From Squalus acanthias (taxonomy: Eukaryota), in NCBI GenBank assembly GCA_030390025.1, contig CM059449.1, forward strand, positions 13,888,001 through 13,952,000: 64,000 bases of DNA. Reading direction: 5' to 3'. The notes below the pieces were generated by a model. That model ran no database searches. It was not told the DNA's origin and saw nothing but the letters and a program-made list of their open reading frames with translations. The first letter of the stretch is position 1. Every line of letters begins with the position of its first letter. Below are positions 61,152 to 64,000 of the stretch, piece after piece. The translations under genes and the position numbers were made by a program.

Positions 61152-61275
61152 CTGTGTGTTAGTGTGTGTGCCTGTGTGTCTTTGTGTATGCATGTGTCTC
61201 TGTGCGTGTCCGTGTGGTGTCTGTGTTATTTGTGTGTGTGTTGTGTGTGTGCATTTGTGGGAAGTGTGTGTGTTT
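61152..61275 (+). repeat. degenerate (TG)n microsatellite
   Basis: TG-rich run. Confidence 0.85.
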
Positions 61276-62924
61276 GTTTACATCGCATCCTTTAAAGAAT
61301 GCTTCAATTCCCAATGCTCTTCCCCCTCTGGAGGCACGAGATATGATTTTAATGTAATCACAAACAGGCTTCCAAAGAAATATAACCCATTTTGTACGTT
61401 GCAGGAGCTTATTGAATTGTTAGAATCGTTTAAGTTGAATTGGAAGGCCACACTGAACACATTGCAGTTTCTTATCTGTGGCTGCTGCTCTATCGAAAGA
61501 GGCGTGTAATTGCACCGACCGGTAAAAAGTGTGCTCTGCAATAGCAACGTTTTCTTAACAGCAGTTAACAAGTGAGAAAGGTTGAAGAATGAAAGGACGT
61601 TTTTAGATATTCAGCTTCTGTGCAATTAACAGCAATCTGCACCACCCGTTATGCGACGACGCAGAGCCGGCTGAACGTGCTGTACAATGTGATTCACACA
61701 CGTTTATTAAAGTTCAATGCTCGCTGCGGCGCTTTCTCTAGTTATTAATGGAATCAGGGGCAGGTGCACAACGCATTGCCGGCGAAAAATCTTAAAATAT
61801 GTACGGACCCAAATAGTGTTTTTCGCAGGTTTGGTTTTAATGTGCGTTGAGTCACGTAGCAGGCCTGATATTGACACGTACTATAGAAAGGTCTATTTTC
61901 AAGACTTCCAGGTATAGTTAAGCTCAGAACAGATGTGTGATATAAAGGGAGATTTAAACATCTCCAGCATTTCAATTCAGTGAACTCTCTGGCGAACATT
62001 ATTGAGGGGCAGATTGCCTCTAATACACATGTGGTATAGTGCTGATAATTTTTAGGCAATGTGGTTAAGTTCGAATTCCACGTTTTTAATTAATTTTTCA
62101 AAAGCTTACATATACGCATCCACATGTACATTTTAATCTCCCCCGTAATAGAAGTTCATCTTCACCGCCTGAAGGGTAATCTAATCTTAACACACCCCCC
62201 CCCCCCACCCGCCCCCGAAGCCCCCCACCACCCCCCACCCCCCACCCTATGGATTTCAATGGAATATAAATCAGGCGAGTTCTACAACAGCCGGGCGATT
62301 CACTTGGCCATATTACCACCCAGCTAAGTAAAGACAAAAATCCACATCCTCCTCCTGTGTTTGCGGAAGTGGAGATTGTTGACACTGGGGCTGAAATTGG
62401 TCTTGGGTCGTAGCACGAAGCGGTCAGTCCGTGTTTCACCCCCTTTAAGAGAAAATAAAAAAGAAACCGCCGGGGTGTAACACAGGCTGCGGATCCGGTT
62501 TCAATCTCTGAGATTGTTGGGATGGCTGTGCAGACTCTGGCAGCAACAAGCGTTTAAGTGGAGATATTGCCTTTGGTCTTGCTCCCTGAGTTGGAGGAGA
62601 CAAAAGAATCAATTGAGTTCATCATGATATAGCTGCTGTGTCCACAGTCGAAAATTGTTGAGAAAATGCTGTTTTGTTCTGACTCTAGAGACTAAAATGG
62701 AAAAAAAAATATTTTATCATCAGTTTACCTAATTCAACAACTGCTTATCCCATATGAAACATACATACTGTGTTCTGCAATAATCTTTTCTGATCTCCGT
62801 GCTTATGTCTCCCGTTGCTTTATCACTGCTATCTGGAGGTCTATGAAGAACTCGGGCCCAGCTTGTTTCTCATCCGTGTTTTCAAAACCCTCCATGGCCT
62901 CGCCCCTTCCTATCTCTGTAATCT

Positions 62925-63860
62925 AAGGTGGGAAACTAGGTGGGATTGTAAATTGTGAGGAGGATGCAAAGAGGCTTCAAGGTGATTTTGACAAGTTGAG
63001 TGAGTGGGCAAATACATGGCAAAAGCAGTATAACGTGGATAAATGTGAAGTTATCCACTTCGGTAGGAAAAACAGAAAGGCAGAGTATTATTTAAATGGT
63101 GATAGATTGGGAAATGTTGATGCACAGAGGGAACTGGGTGCCCTTGTACACCAGTCACTGAAAGCAAACATGAAGGTACAGCAAGCAGTTAGAAAGGCAA
63201 ATGGTATGTTGACCTTCATTGCAAGAGGATTTGAGTACAGGAGCAAGGATGTCTTACTACAGTTATACAGGGCCTTGTTGAGACCACACCTGGAGTAATG
63301 TGTGCAGTTTTTGTCACCTTACCTAGGAAAGGATATACTTGCCATAGCGGGAGTGCAGCGAAGGTTCACCAGACTGATTCCTGGGATGGCAGGACTGTCG
63401 TATGAGGAGAGATTGGGTCGACAAGGCCTGTATTCACTAGAGTTTAGAAGCATGAGAGGGGATCTCATTAAAACGTGTAAAATTCTGACAGGGCTAGACA
63501 GACTGGATGCAGGGAGGATGTTTCCCCTGGCTGGGGGGGTCCAGAACGGAGGGTCACAGTCTCAGGATACGGGGTAGGACATTTAGGACTGAGATGGGGA
63601 GAAATTTGTTCACTCAGAGGGTGGTGAACCTGTGGAATTCTCTACCACAGACAGCTGTAGAGGCCAAGTCACTGGATATATTTAAGAAGGCGATAGATAG
63701 ATTTCTAGACACAAAAGGCGTCAAGGGGTATGGGGAGAGAGCGGGAATATGGTATTGAGATAGTGGATCAGCCATGATCATATTGAATGGCGGAGCAGGC
63801 TCGAAGGGCCGAATGGCCGACTCCTGCTCCTATTTTTCTATGTTTTTCTATGATTCTATG
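62925..63860 (+). mobile_element. CR1 3' fragment
   Basis: ORFs 62996-63298, 63302-63577 and 63507-63758. Confidence 0.9.
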
Positions 63861-64000
63861 TCCATTGTAGGCCCGGACCGATATTCCCTCCCATTGGCTA
63901 GTTGACAAGGTTAGGAATCGATTTAATAAAGGTTTTTTAAAAAACTATGTCGGGTATTGCTAGGGTAAATAGGAAAAGACTTTCCACCGATTGTGGTTTC

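Noticed and set aside
1-64000. CRISPR array or prokaryotic RT-based system
   Set aside because: No regularly spaced repeats; all RT motifs belong to non-LTR retrotransposons and the genes are spliceosomal.

Overview
Repeat-rich vertebrate genomic DNA. The repeat types (CR1, L2, Crack-like and RTE LINEs, Deu-domain tRNA SINEs, a Penelope end) suggest a cartilaginous fish, which is an inference. The main structure is a large inverted duplication: arm 1 ~615-15813, spacer ~15814-21150, arm 2 ~21151-35410. Each arm carries a spliced NKp30/NCR3-like gene (leader, one germline-joined VJ-type Ig exon, TM exon, micro-exons, terminal tyrosine-motif exon), and the two genes converge. Manual splicing suggests a paired-receptor arrangement. 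Copy A (+, 4665-9060, ~183 aa) has an Arg in the TM helix and a tail truncated by a micro-exon that is 1 nt shorter, which is activating-type. Copy B (-, 33309-25744, ~263 aa) has an uncharged TM core and a long tail with LHYAKV (ITIM) and VEYATI (ITSM-like), which is inhibitory-type; this depends on one weakly supported 20-nt exon. A third, decayed V exon lies at ~41.6 kb. The distal half holds a CR1 with an uninterrupted 955-aa ORF2 preceded by a U_UUA_AAC heptamer, two degenerate tRNA-Arg copies, a Penelope-type minimal hammerhead motif, further inverted segmental duplications and a 635-bp assembly gap. Repeat boundaries were set by eye and are approximate.
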